Source: Bispira polyomma (lineage: Eukaryota). Taken from it: a stretch of DNA of 64,000 nt. The stretch is from the NCBI GenBank assembly GCA_965649765.1, contig OZ287756.1:17856001-17920000 (forward strand), written 5' to 3'. Shown here piece after piece: positions 38,334-53,045 of this stretch. The translations under genes were made by a program, and so were the position numbers. Position 1 is the stretch's first letter. Every line of letters starts with the position of its first letter. The notes beneath the pieces are model-generated. The model was not told the origin of the DNA. It ran no database searches and saw nothing but the letters and a program-made list of their open reading frames with translations.

Positions 38334-41300
38334 GTTTTAGACCTTCAGGGTTTTGGAGTCTTTTCTAAGCCAAACTTATGACAACTTAAACTCACTTGTT
38401 AACTAAGTGAAAATAAAAAAAAGGTAACAATATCTTTAAAAAACGACTGAATTTTTTTTACAATGACATAATATTTTTTATTTCAAAATTGAAGGTTGTT
38501 GAAGGACAAATTCTGAATGTCAGCCAAATTATATTTGAAAAACAATCTTTTTGTTTAAATTGGAGGTAATTGAATGAAAAAAAAAAGAATATCCTAGATA
38601 ACGGATATTGAAGTATTATTCACTTATGTGGGCCTTCGGTTTAATTAAGAAGGCTTTAGTTTTTTATACAACAAATGGATGTGACAAATGTGTATGTTGC
38701 TAATTATCTTTATTAGTTATTTCTTCCTTATTGTTTGCTAAGTCATTAATTGGAAGTACAATTTTAAAAACTGACCTCTCTGTCTTAGTCTCCATATGAC
38801 ATATGGGTACCAGCTGAATATGACAACACTCTACATGTATGATTAATTAAATTAATTAACTTTCTCAGTTATTTTCTCTTCCTTATTGCCTGATACTTGG
38901 AAGGCACTTCTCTTGCAACACTGTGTAAGGTCACCAAACTTGACATTAATAAACTCATCCTAAAAGTAAAAGATACATACAAGAAACTGGTATGGAATTT
39001 ATATTAACGTTTATTAGAGGTGTCACACATGCACCCAATACTTCTGCCTGTGAATGGTTTTCACTTGTTTTTTTTTAAATTATAAACAAGACATTTTAAA
39101 AAGCTTTAGTGTAAAAAACTAACAATGCATTAATACTTAACTGTATTGTAGATAATACATTGCTGTATATGTGAAGGACATATATATATATATCATATCA
39201 TAAATTATAGACATGTGATCGTTCATGAACACCAATTAATTAACCTTTATATTGCTGATGTAAGGTAAACCAATTTAGATAAGATGGCCTTTTTAAGCAA
39301 CAGTAGTTTCACTTTGTTCGCAAGTATATTTCTGTATGTCTTTTACCATTCTACCTGGTTTATTTATTTTAATATATTGAAGAATATAAGCGAGGTTGTG
39401 ATAACAATCAGGCAGAACTTCCACATCCATTTTATCAGGCACAGTCTGATGTTGATTTCATTCCGAAAAGGGCGCGGCCATGTTGGAAATATGTAACGCC
39501 TTCATGGATTGGTTGATAGCAATCTAACTGGCGAAACTGAGGGGTGTCAGATTCATATTATCGGGTGATTATCAGACCCAGCCACGATGTTGGAAATATT
39601 ATGTAAGGCCTTCATGGGATTGGTAAGAATTAATCGACGAGGCCAAACTGAGGGGTGTCAATCACACTGTGTGCTGATGTATTTTTCAAAAGACAATTCT
39701 TGTTTTCTGTTCATTCTTTATCAAAAGTCATTTATGTAGGCTGGGATCCATATTAGTGTTCACTCTTTGTTGGTTCTAATATTCTGTTGGCCATATTTTA
39801 ATTCTCTACCATGTTACAAACAATATCTAAATAAATCATTGATCGCCTGTCAATTACCATATGCACACTGTATTTTAGACATCAACTATTTATAGGTATA
39901 TTCATGTTCCTTTCAAACCAAACTGCATATTACAGAACACAACATGGAAAAACTTAATGGTGTGAGAACACAGTGCAGGATAGAGGGTCAAGGTATTCCT
40001 GCGCTGCAAAACCACCGACATCTAACCAAGTCTTGTGGTAATTTCCCCAGGTGCTTGCCAGGGGGAATAGATCAAACACTCATTGGAGAGGTGGGAACCA
40101 AGAGTGTTACTACTTCACCACCAAGGCGCTACTATTGATTTGTAAATTCCCTCATGTTGGTATGACAAATGGTTCTTGTATTGTAATGTATTAATGTAAA
40201 TTTGTCTTTTTAACAGGCTTTGTTAATGCCAGGCATTGTATAAAGCATAAAAAGCGTAAAAATCGACCAAACATAGCTTGGATCGTTATCAGTAGACAAT
40301 GGCATGTTTACTGCTTGACCAAGTATGTTATGCCACCAATGAACCTAGCAGCATTAGCATGAGTCAAACCGGGATCTTTTGATCATCAGATCAACTTTAC
40401 CCAACTCCACACACTGGTAGTTGAACAGGGAACCGGGAACCTTCTGATTACCAGACCAACTCCAGACCAACTCCCTAACTGTAAGGCTACGGGAGACCAC
40501 CTTGCAATTTTATGTTTACAATCAACGCTTTTTCCCCAACTCAGTCCTAAAACGTATAATCAGTTCCCTTATGTCTTTATGCTCAGCTAAACAGTGTCCT
40601 ATTTTATAATAAGTTAGATAAATGTTTTGTTTCAGACTTTTTACATTACATTGCCAACTCCCTTATAACAGGGGGACTAGATATAAATGTATTAATCAAC
40701 CCAATAAGCTGTAAAAAAAGGCGGGTTATTGCATATTTAGTAGGTTCTATCGAAGCGTATATAAAGAAAATGACATTAGATTCTGTTGATGACTGATTTT
40801 CAAGTAAATGCTTCTCAACCTACAATGTGCATTCTTGTCTGATGGTCTTGTCTGAGGTATGATAACAATATTAATTGGCCATGTCATGTTCAAGTACCAG
40901 ACTAAAGTGATCAGGGTATTATTGTCCTTGGTTGGAGGGTCAAATGGGTCACTTTTAACAAATTTTGACTTGATTACAAAAAATGGGTGTCACAGGAAGT
41001 TTTCCGTTGTACAATTATTAGTTAGGTGCCGTAGATATGTCATGATCACGTCACGATTTGACCATTCACCTATTCGTTTTTTTACCTTGATGCAGTATGT
41101 CTCATCACTTGTGTTTATCACAGAATATTAAAATTAGGCATGGGTCGGTACTACCGGTATCTCAGTATCAAGACATAAATACTTGCCGACTAAAAGTAAA
41201 TATTGCTCCCTGTGTTTTGAAACAATGTACATAAAATGGCAGGAAAACCTCAAATTATATAAACAGATACCATATATTGAGAAAATATAACCTGTCATGC

Positions 41301-42324
41301 ACAATTTTTCAGTTTTTTTACTTTTATTTGCTATTTTATTGAGTGAAAACATGTTTGTTTTGTTTGGCGGAACTCCACTTCCTGTAACAGGCTACATTCG
41401 TTTGGGGAGATACTAGAAACAATTCATTTTCAGTATTTTGGAATCGGAACAGTTTTGCATCAACAGAATACCGACATACAAAACTGGTGCTGTCCAACCC
41501 CTAATTTAATTGGCTACATATATTAATTGTCATATATCAATATGCTGGCACACTGACCTCATTTCAACCTTTGACCTGAGATCAATGACCTTGCGGTTGA
41601 AACAAATGGATGTACCATACATGAAGAAGTACTCTTTAAATGAAGTTCAAATTTGTCGTGGCTATTCCTTTTGAATTCTAATGTTCTTCAAGGTTTAATG
41701 TTTTATTTTCATTTAAGAATTACTAAATTTTTCCTTCAGAAAATTGTCTTTTTATAAATGCTATTTAGAACTTTCCTACTTCCCACATGGAGCCAGTTTA
41801 TTGTATGACCTTGTGTCACTAGTTTCCCTAACTTAAGTTACTTCCCTGCAGTATTATTATTGTAAAAAAAAAACATTAAGCACTTATTTTTGATTATGTC
41901 AAATTCTAATCAGTATCCAAAAATCACAATTAATGAAACAGAAAGTAGTAAACAACAAAAGAATAACTGATAACCTGGAGACAGCCGTGGGGGGGCATGC
42001 ATTAGTAAACAAAGATGTTCTTAACTTGCAATGGAAGGAGTATAAGGTAGGAAACTGTCCTGATGTATTGAGGTAAACTATTCCACAGGGTAGTAGGACC
42101 TTCACATACAAAACTGTTATCAAAATCAACCTCTGACCTGTGTTTTTCTGGATTTTTGAATAGAGCACTCTAAGGAACTCAGTTTCTCACTTTTATTGTA
42201 GGGGATAGTAATGTGCCAGGAGTATTGACTGAAAAACAAGTCAAATGTGTTACACGCTGAGTACTGGATATTAGATTTCACGGCCAAAACTTGAAACCCC
42301 CACATTATAATCAAGTTTCTAGAG

Positions 42325-43103
42325 GCCATGGTGGCCTTGTTGTTAGAAGCATCTGCTTTATATTCACTGGACTCTTACAAATGTGCGTAAGGTACTTGCC
42401 GTAGGTCGATGGTTTACGTGGTTTCTTGACACAAGTCCATTAGATGTGGTTTCTTCCACCATAGAATTGGACCATCGCAATAGAACCTAACCTCTTGAAA
42501 GTGACATAAAAACGCAACTAATTTCAAATATTATCAATTTTCCGACCCACTTCAGTATTTTATTCAGGACAGATGTACTATGCATAACTAATCCAGTGAG
42601 ATAAAGTAAGATAAAATGCCTGCTAAATTAAGTAACACCGTAATAATACTGTGTATATACACGTCCATATAACCAGTGACCCAATGGTTAAGGAGTTGAT
42701 CTCGTGATCAGAAAGTACCTGGTTCAAGTCCAGCTTAGAAGGAGTGGGTGTGGTGATTGGAAGGTCCCCAGTTCAACTCCCGCTTATGCCGGTAGGTTTA
42801 CTGGTGGTGTGACATCCTTGGGAAAGATGTGAGCACACCATTAACAAACTCCAGACTGGGTATCGAACCCAGGTCCTGGAGTGCACTAGGCCATATTAGT
42901 GGATAAATGTCACAATGGTCAATCGTTTAAAAAAAAACACTGCAAACTTAATATAAGAATTTGCTGATGTTTAACTCTTTAGTTGCTGAACAATAGGTCG
43001 CCTTTACACATTTATTGCTGTATCATTGTTTTTGGCATTATTGGCCTTCTATCTGTTTATGTCACAAGGATAAGGTGAGAGGATTTGTCAAATGAAGTGT
43101 TAT

Positions 43104-43149
<46 letters not shown>

Positions 43150-44405
43150 CGAGAGACATATATATACATATTGGTAAACAGTTTTTTGTGTAAGAAATTA
43201 TATGATATGTTTGTGTTCATGAAAAATCTCCTTAAAGATAAATCTAAGCGCTGTTGTTTTTAATCTCACTTTTTCAAACAGATAAACATTGTTTTTAGTA
43301 TGTTTATATAGGTAATTGCTGTAGTCAGCTCAAAGAAAATTTCACTAATTTTACAAGTTAGGAGAAATTAAATTACCTGTGAACAAGTACTGACCAGTAG
43401 TTAACAACCACTATGACCTTGTGGGTAATCCACTTGCTAAGGAAAACAAGTGTACCAAAGTTTCACAAGGTGAAAGCAGATAAATAGTGGCTTGTATGAC
43501 TACTAACAATTGTGGTACTCTGCCATTGGCGTCTCTTTCCAGTGACAGACTAAAGAACCTTGAGTTGGGGTGGTGGCCTAGTGCTTGACTTCACAATCAC
43601 TGGCCCTACACCAATGTGAGTTCGAATCTAATTCGTTCCTTTTATTGGGGAAATTTTTGCGGGTACTAGCCATAGGCTGGTAGTTTGCAGTGCTCCATTA
43701 AAGTTGGCTGTCATCATATCACCTAAGCTTTTGAAAGCAACTTAAAACCCAACTAAATCCTAAGTCACTGTTGTTGGTTGGTTCTATATATGAGCAGGTG
43801 CTTTGAATACTAGATAAAGGTATCAATTTGAATACAAATATGAAGATGTCTACTGTCAAGTTTTACATATATGTGAGTGGCCACGGTAACCTTAGTGGTT
43901 CAAAGTACCTGCTTTATAATCACATGGTCTCTTACCAATGTGGGTTAGCATCCTGTTTATTCCTTCATTTGGGAAAGTTTACAGTAGATACATAGTCTGG
44001 GCTTCCTTTCAGCAGTCACCGACGTCGGCCAATTTATCAAAATCCGAGCCGAGCCAACATCAGCCGATGTAGGGCTTCCTTTTATTTGATATTTACTATG
44101 AGTATTTTTTTTTTTTTTTTAATAAAAAATTGGACAGACATCCCGATTTTTTCCCTCTCTGATGGATAAATTATGATAGGGCAACAGACGTCGACTGATG
44201 TCTGATGGCACTTCCTAATATTAAATAATGACTGATAAAATCAGCTGACTTTGGGGCAGATGTCGGCCAAGAAAAATATGCTGAAAGGAAGCCTAGGCTT
44301 ACTGTATGGCTATGGTTTACAGTGCTTCAGCACTGGCTTCTTCTACCATTGAATCTGATATGACCTGAGCTGTTGACACCGACATCAAACCCAACTAAAT
44401 TGAAA
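42325..44405 (+). mobile_element. Cluster of tRNA-derived SINEs of a second family (about 42325-42530, 43570-43765, 43880-44405); further copies at about 4836-4975, 13515-13710 and 59560-60010 (-)
   Basis: Shared heads gtggcctagtggtt...caatcactgg..ct.accaatgtg.gttcga.tc and tails ggtttacagtg...ttccacca...gctgttgaaag...aaaacccaactaaat. Confidence 0.65.
43993..44301. mobile_element. MITE family 1, inserted in a SINE
   Basis: Termini tagtctgggcttcctttcagca ... tgctgaaaggaagcctaggctta; the SINE head lies before it (43880) and the SINE body resumes after 44301. Confidence 0.8.
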
Positions 44406-45615
44406 TTCCCATATATGTCACTGGGGGAAGATCCCTAGCTGTCACTGCAAGTTAAGAGTGTTGACATCTCTGAATCATCGAGATCACCCCCTCTCCCACC
44501 CATCCCAGAAGAAGCTGGTAAATCAGCTCCAGACTGAACAAATCTTTTTATCCATGAGTGTACCTCTTATCAACTATACTTCTCAACCTCTGAATGGAGA
44601 TTGTTATCCAATAAGATGCTGTCCACTGTAAGGAGTCCTTTAATAAACAATGTGTGCCATTTAGCAGATACTGCACAAATATTTTTGCGAGAATATTAGA
44701 ATAGCTCATTTGACACGTATCTGTGGCCATTCATTTGATAAGAAGAAAATAATATTGAAAATAACAGTGTGTTTTGAATAACAAATTTATAATAACTTTG
44801 ATGTTTGTGCAATAAAAAAAATAATTAATTAAGCGGAGTCCCGAGATCAATGATTTTTTTTAATTTTAAAAAGGTAATATTACAATTACAGTTGGTATAT
44901 TTGGATCTGTTTTAACTATACAGCAATGAAGCATATCATCAGATATTGCTACCTTAACCAACGAGGTTATGTTTTTTCTAATGGTTGTTTTGTTCCTTTG
45001 TTTGCCACTGTGATTAAACAAGATTAATGTAAATGAATTTTGGTTCAGGGATGGGAAATTGATCAATAAATAAAGGTGTATGGTAAAAAAATGAGTCAGG
45101 GATGTTTTTTTTAATTTGTGGCTCCGTGGTACAGGTATGCATTCTATTGAGTGCCCTTCTAGTTTTTGGCATCTTCAATGTATACTAGGATATTATTAAT
45201 ATCATCCAAGTAAAACTATACTTGATTAATCAAATTCAAGTTAAGTCTGTATATAGAGGTTAACTATTTTTTAAATATTAGTCTTTGGTTAATGGAGGTG
45301 TTGTCTTTATATAGGGGGGAGACTGTAGGTTTTAACTAGAAATCAGCAAAGTCAAATGCTTTGTGGAAGTCCCTAAACTCTAAATTATACCGCCACTCTT
45401 CATCATTCATTTTAACAGAAGATTGTAGAGCAGATTTATGTTGTTAACAATAGATTTACATTTAATGTTTGTGTCCTAAATATGGCAACATTATTATTTG
45501 TTGTAAAAAAGAAAACAATTTCAATTAATGCTGAGCCATCATTTTGAAGTGGCAAATAAATACCAGTAAACTAATTTACATCAACAGTCTAACATATATA
45601 ACAGTAATTAACTAT

Positions 45616-45660
<45 letters not shown>

Positions 45661-45719
45661 ACATACCAACTTTATCAAGCTCCCCATCAGTGCATAGAAT
45701 CTTGTACATAGAAGCTTGG

Positions 45720-45980
45720 GTATATATGTTAGATCCCAATTTCCAATTTCGCCAATCTTAATATGGGATATAGCCAAACTATGTTTGGTAGCTTATCTTA
45801 AGATGGATTAGTCCATCTTAAAAATGAGCTAGATTGACCAAGAAAACTAGCCAAACTTGAGATTGGATTAAAATTGGCTGACCCATCTTAAGATAGGCTG
45901 CCAAACTTAGAGATACTATGTTGGGCTATAGTCCATATGAAGATTGGCCAAATCAGAAGTTGGGCTCCAACATATACATA
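45720..45980. mobile_element. Foldback element or MITE, almost entirely palindromic
   Basis: tatatgttagatcccaatttcc..gccaatcttaatatgggatatagcc..gtttggtagcttatcttaagatgg mirrored by ccatcttaagataggctgccaaac..ggctatagtccatatgaagattggc..gaagttgggctccaacatata. Confidence 0.75.
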
Positions 45981-48108
45981 TGTATCTTGCTGTAATGACA
46001 ATCCACTGCTGATTGCATCACTTGTACATTGTCCACTGGGTAAGATTATCATTCTCAAAGATTGTTTACTGTTACATATATTACACTATGATACATATAA
46101 AAGGAAGGTTAGTTTACACCTAGCAACTACTGTGTCATATCTGCCGGTGATAGAGGGGAAGGGTATATGTACTGGTAAATTACAGACAGAACAGCTAACA
46201 GGAAGGAGTTCTGGATTTTAGAGTTGTGTGTGTTTTCAAAGCTGTTGCTGTGCTGTAAAACAACCACACTTGTCTGTGAGACGTCGTTTCTCTGCAGTAT
46301 ACCATCCCATAGGTGGAGAACTTGGTTAGGTAATATTTTCAAATATAAAGGCAGAAGTATATTTATATATATATGACCTTTTGTAACTTATAACTACTAT
46401 TTGTGGCAGGTTTGTTTTGTATATGGCTATCAAACAAAAATTGGGGCTAGTTTAATATTAATTGATTTTTGAATAACACTTTTTCTTTATCAGAAAAAGG
46501 TTGCAATAAAAGTGAGAAATGGAACACTCTAATAGTTTATGAAAAAAATTTTTAAGGCTAATTTGTTTTAAAATTTAAACAGTGAATATTGAAATTTGAA
46601 TATACTTGGAGTTTTTACAAATACCAAATTATTTAAATGCTCTAAAAAAATTATCGGATATTTAGATTGATCAAATGTAACAGAAAGAACTATACAAATA
46701 GTTTTCGTACACATTCTAGGGATTTCTATTTAACTGTAATATAATAATTATATATTATATAAAACAACTGTAATGTACATTTAATATGTAAAGTTTTTAA
46801 CTGTCTGGTTTACTTTGCAGTTTTGTGTTTTGTGGTTGTTTTCATGTGCATGAAATATAAGTCACATATACACTAACACCATATATTACAAACAAACGAG
46901 AACAATCACAAAACACTCATCTCAATGCTACAACAGGAGTACATTAAAAAAAATTTCCTAAACACATTAGTATAAAGCTTTTGGAAATTAGTGTATCTTA
47001 CAAATTATATTTTGGGATGGCACGACAAGTAATAGAAAAATATATGTTATGGTTTAAACGTCAAACACTTGTGTCCAAGTTGATTTTGTTTAGTATATTA
47101 AAAAATTGTCTTTGCTAATTATTATTATTATTATTATCATTATGAATTTTTAACACGCTTTATTAATGTTAGGCATCTTCTAAAGCGCAACAGCAGAATC
47201 ATTGATTATCATTGATAATCCCCTCAACTGCATTGTAATAAAGATATTTATAAACTTTGCAGCCTTGAGATCAATGTATGTTTTAGCTGGTGAGTATTGA
47301 AATGCCACTTTCATTTCACTCTAGAGAAACCTCAAATATTGCAGTAATCAACGCCAATATATAATGGCCCTTAATATTATGAAACTTGGTAAAAATTTTA
47401 CTACCCGGCATCTCCAGCATGTTTTATCCGCACCAGGGATTAGAGGTGTAACCCGGTAGAAACAGATGTTAAAGGCATAAATATTAAGTCCAATATACAG
47501 CTCTATGCTGTAATTCCTTAATATACAAGAAGTTCCAAGGACAAGCTGTGAGTAGGAAGTTAAATTAACACAGAATTCCCTCCTGTCCCCGAGTTCCACT
47601 TAAATTTATGATTTTGCTTCCGTCCCAAACCTAAACCAAAATATGGAGTGACTTTCAGAAGCTCTGTGTCCCTGAAATTACGTGGAACACCCTTTCACTT
47701 ATAGGGTGCCTCTTGGTCCAATTAAAACTGAAGACAGAATTGTGTAGGGCTGGTCTCTACCTAATGATTGACAGCCAAAACTCTGCTGCATTGTAGATTA
47801 TTGTTTTAATGCAGCCCAAGTTGTTTTTGTATAAGCAGGATATGATATAATTCTATCACAATTGCTAGTGAATTGATTATGTGCATCATACCATGATTTA
47901 AAGGACCTGGACGAAACAATAGGGGACTGCACCATTTAAGTGGTCATCCAAGCCAATATGTATTTGCCTGAACCCGGCCACACAAGTATGACTATTTGAG
48001 CAAATCTTTATTATTTTCAGGAAATCGAAATTGTCTGAACCTGGTTGCACAAGTATGATAATTTGTGCCAATATTTATTATTTTCAGGAAATCGAAACGA
48101 CAATCAAA

Positions 48109-51100
48109 ATGGCGTCTGAAACAGAGCTACGAAAACGCTCCTCCATTGTGAGCGATAATGCTAGTTTTAAAAGCAACCAATCAGATGATGGCTCAGAAGT
48201 CGGTATGAAGAGAACGGTCGGATTAATGGGTGGAATCTCTCTGATTGTGGGAGTTATGATAGGTATGTGGAATTCTTTCCATAATATTTGCCAGATAGAT
48301 TTACTTACAAAACAATTTACAAAAATATTTATTTTATGGTTATAATTTCAAAAAGTTTATTGTAAATGCTAATATTTTCTGATTTGCAGCAAAAAAATGT
48401 GTTTTTAAATATGCTATTATAGGCCATTATTGAAATTATAATTGTAGATAAAATAAATTTAATGCAATTGATATTGAAATAAAGGTAGGAAACGACTGTG
48501 TTCATATGCACTTTAAGCAAACAAAGGTTTGGAATTACATACACAGGGTAAGGAAATATGGTTCGCTACATAAACCATAGAGTGAATTTCACATGAAATG
48601 GCCTCATTTTAAGAAAATTGAAAGGATTCAGCAATAATAAACAACAAACTATTAATATCAAACTAATTTGTGTTTATATAGTTTTATATACACAACTAAA
48701 CACAAAACAGGACCAATAAACCATTTTCATAAAGATATTTATCCATATAACACCTATGTGGACGGCATGTTTAATGAAACCACAACAAAGATGTCAAACT
48801 CTATTTTGAGCATTCAGAATATAATGTTATTATATCAAAATTTGTACTAATTTCTGTTTAATACTTAAAATCTTCTATGTTTTTTTTTTATTTCAAAGAG
48901 GGTTTTTTAATTCATGGTCCATAAGAATGACAGAAACTTTTTGTAAATCAACCCAATTTGTGTCACTTCTGGAAAGAGCTAAAAATCAAATATATACTGG
49001 TCTGTAACTAAATATTTATTTGGCATATTTTTTTCAGTTTTGGTATGACATGTTGTACTTATACCAGACTTCTTTCCATAAGCTTCATTAAAATTACAGA
49101 AACATTTTCTGTGGCTACAAAATATTGACAACCAACTATTAAAATTGACCCGCATTGCATCATCACGTCTACTCTCACATTGTTAAAAAGTGCATCAAGC
49201 ATAAGTTTAAGAATCCTATTTTTTGTTAAAGCTCGCTCGTATAAATTAGTATAATCTTAAAATATAAGTGAAATAAAGGAAACGAATACATTTTGCTGAA
49301 CTGGTTAAAGTTATATACAATACAACAGAATAAAGTAGTCAGGGTGCCAGCATTTATCTTTAAAAAACCTTCATTGACACCACCATAGATATTAACATTA
49401 GGCCTTAGTATCATTTAGCAATACATCTTGACTGTAGTTGAAGTGTTTATCCAAAGCATCTGTAGGTTTCCTGGCCTCAACATTGTGGCATAAAGTTGGG
49501 ACACACTCAACCTAAACAAAATTTGTATTTTTAAACGTTAATGTAAGTTTGATAAAACAAGATTTGTGTCTCCCCCCCCCCCCCCCCCAAAAAAAAAAAT
49601 AAAATAAATAAAAACAAATATGTGGGCGGAGCTTATCCTGTTTGAAACAGTTGTTGTGACTTGCACTGTCTGCACTTGTATGTAGAAATAGGGCAAGTTC
49701 TTTTTTAAAGCTTCAATATTTTAGTACATAAACAGCAGACACATGCCATAAACTTTACTGCAATACTAGGTACCACAACCATTTTGGTAGTTATATATTA
49801 AATGTTAGTGGTTTTGTTGCATTCGGAAACCTTACATACGCACCCAAAACTATCATATATATATATATAACATACACCAAAACGTGAATGTAATCAGTCT
49901 AAATATGCAGCATTATATATTTATAATAGGCATTATAGAAAAACAAACATCTGATGTCATAGTTGTACTAGATATGTCTACAAGTTTTTATATACATATA
50001 AAAACAGTTGTTATCTTTTCTTTTGCATGACACTTTAATCTCATACAGATTGATGGTTTTTAACAATGAGATGTAACTATGAGCAGAAGATGACAGTCAA
50101 TGGTGACATGTCAAGTGCCAATACTGTAGCTAAGGGACAATGTTTACACATGAATATGTTTCAGTATGTGCAAGCCAGGGTTAACTTAATCTATGGCACT
50201 AAAACGTATGTGGAACAACTGGAATCTGCAGCCATGTAGTTGGGAAAAAAACACCTAATAAGGATGTATTTATTTTTTAAATATATTCGGTCCTATTGCC
50301 ATATTATATGTATATTAAACAGTGGTTTACCATATAATTAAATATGTTAAAACAATGGACACTGTCATTTTAAAACTTAAAAATGGACTGTAAATTTTCA
50401 CTGTAGCAAATATCAAATGTGGGATAAAAAAAAAGCCATTCGTTGCAGTAAAAAGAGAATCATTTATATTTTCTGATTTTAACCTAGAATCCTTATTTAG
50501 TTTATCAGTCATTGCACATATGATCAGAACCAAATGTCATTATCATAAGTTGTCATAATTATGTGATCAGCAAAGTACAGACATGTCTTGAGATAGTTAT
50601 AATGCACCTTTTCTGTATATTTACAAATACTCTTTACTAAAAGGAGGCTCAATAGAATACATACCCTCGCTAAGGCGCCACATTGGCAAAAAAAGTGAAA
50701 TGCATCCACCCTTCTTTCTGGATCCACTCCCAGATTTAATGAATTTCCCTGCGGTATTTGTTATATATTCTACATATACTCCAAATTTTGGTAGTTTTTT
50801 AGTGTATAATCCTGGTGACAAACAAACATATCAATAAATAAACAAATTGTCATGGATGGAAACAGCCAAGGAATTTAACGGTAAAAGAAATAAATACTGA
50901 TGCAATGTAAACCACCAACCTACAGGATCAACTTTTTGAAGGAATGACCTGGTTTAACCTGACTATTAATAAAGGATTGTTTAATTATTATTTAAAAAGA
51001 CGAGCAAAATTATAAATCAATATAAATGTTGGCTCAACTGTTCATCATAAAGAAGTTGTAAATTATGTAACAGCAAATATGTGCCAAACTATTTATCAAG

Positions 51101-52979
51101 AAGCTCGTACTGAATCTCGATAAAACTAAATTCATATTGCTGAAGTATCAACTTGTGTTTTAGTAAATATTCTTGGAATACTGATACCCCCAATGACAAA
51201 GCAAGGAACTTAGGAGTTTTGTTTGATAGTGATTTCTCTTTCCCTAATCATATCAAATCAGTATGCAAGTCTTGCATCATGGGTCTTAGGGACCTTAGCA
51301 GAATTAGGAGGTACCGACCACAATCGATTAAATAACTGTAACAAATGCTCTGGTAAGCAGCTGACTGGATTACTGCATTTCACTGTTTTGCAGTTTGACT
51401 GAAAATGACCTAATTAGATGCTGTGGATCGAGAATTTATTAACATGTCTTATTAGTTGTTCTGCTTCAGCTTTCACATGCTTCTCCCATTTCTAAAGTCA
51501 CCCTATTGCTATCTGCTCAATTGTCCTATTGCCTTGTCACATAATCATTTCTACTACACATTAATATGTTTTGTACAACTTCCATGTTATATTATTATTA
51601 TAGATTTTTAACTCGCTTTATTGATGCTAGGCATCTTCTAAAGCGCAACAGCAGAATCATTAGTCCAATCATTAAGTCCATGGAAATTGCAGATATTTAC
51701 TATTTTTACTTTTTGTTTAGGATCTGGAATCTTTGTTTCACCCAAAGGTGTGCTGGAAGGAGGAGGTTCTGTGGGCTTGAGTTTGTTTATATGGCTGATT
51801 GGTGGCATTCTCTCTATGTTTGGTAAGAGTTACACCTCTGTTATATATAGCTGCATGCTGTTTTTGTTGAATAATGAAGCTCTCATATAAGTTTTGTTAT
51901 TATTTGATACAAAAAACTAGAAAAATTATAATCTAATGTATAATTTTTTTAAATACTAGACTGTGTAAAATGTGGACTTTTTGTAGAAAGTTTATCTTAA
52001 AATATAGACCATTAATTACTATTATGATGCACTAATATTATAAATACGCAAGTGTGTTGAAGGAGTTGCAGGCATCGTACAGTACTATTTAGAGTATTGG
52101 TGAAAAGCTTCTAGAGTTCACTGGTCAGGGGAGGGGCAGCCATATGGATTTGGGTGTATGATACATAACACTATACCGTGGTCCCAAGGCCCAGTGGTTA
52201 GGGAGTTGGCCTGATGATCAGTAGGTCCTGGGTTCTATTCCTGGTACCCAACGCTAGTTTCATTTGTAGGATAACATCCTTGGGCAAGATGTGTACAGAC
52301 GTTTGTCTAGTGGCTCGAATCACCACTTAAAATGGCGCTCCTGTATCACTGGGTCTTATTTTTGGGGACGTCGATAAATGGTCATCCTTAAGCCTCTCTC
52401 TTCAGTTAGGGGAATGAGAGTAACTGAGGCAGTTGACTGTTGCAATCAGGGAAGGGTTAATTAGTGCTCTGAATAGCAGATAAAGGTAGATATATGTGCT
52501 GAGTATAAATCTGATTGCAATTACAATAAAATAAGAATAACACTTAACCCCAATGCTGTGATAGTAGGTAGAACTACTTTTACTATGGCTGTGCCCCATC
52601 CAGTGAAACTTAAGAATTTACCGTATTTATTAAGTTAAACTTCATATTTACAAATATAAGCACTTTCTTCGAGAGACATCTATATCCTTTGACTTCTGAT
52701 ACATCACTACTACTAACGTCATCATTTTGGTATTCATCACAGTCATCATCATTTAACTATTTAGGAACCCTTACACCACCACCACCACCCTCCTAAAGAT
52801 TTACCGGTAGCACTGGTAACTACTAGTAACTACTACTGGTTTTTATTAGGCTCAGCTTCATGTTGTTTTTATTCTTAAAAGGGTGTCGCCATCTTAGAAT
52901 AAATATCTAAGGCCTTCCTGGATTGGTTGGAAGCAATAGACCCATCCAAACTGTCTTATTGTTATCAAGACTCTTATTA

Positions 52980-53045
<66 letters not shown>

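Noticed and set aside
46090-46350. TATA-like motifs as the transporter promoter and first exon
   Set aside because: Plausible, but indistinguishable from background in AT-rich DNA without transcript data.
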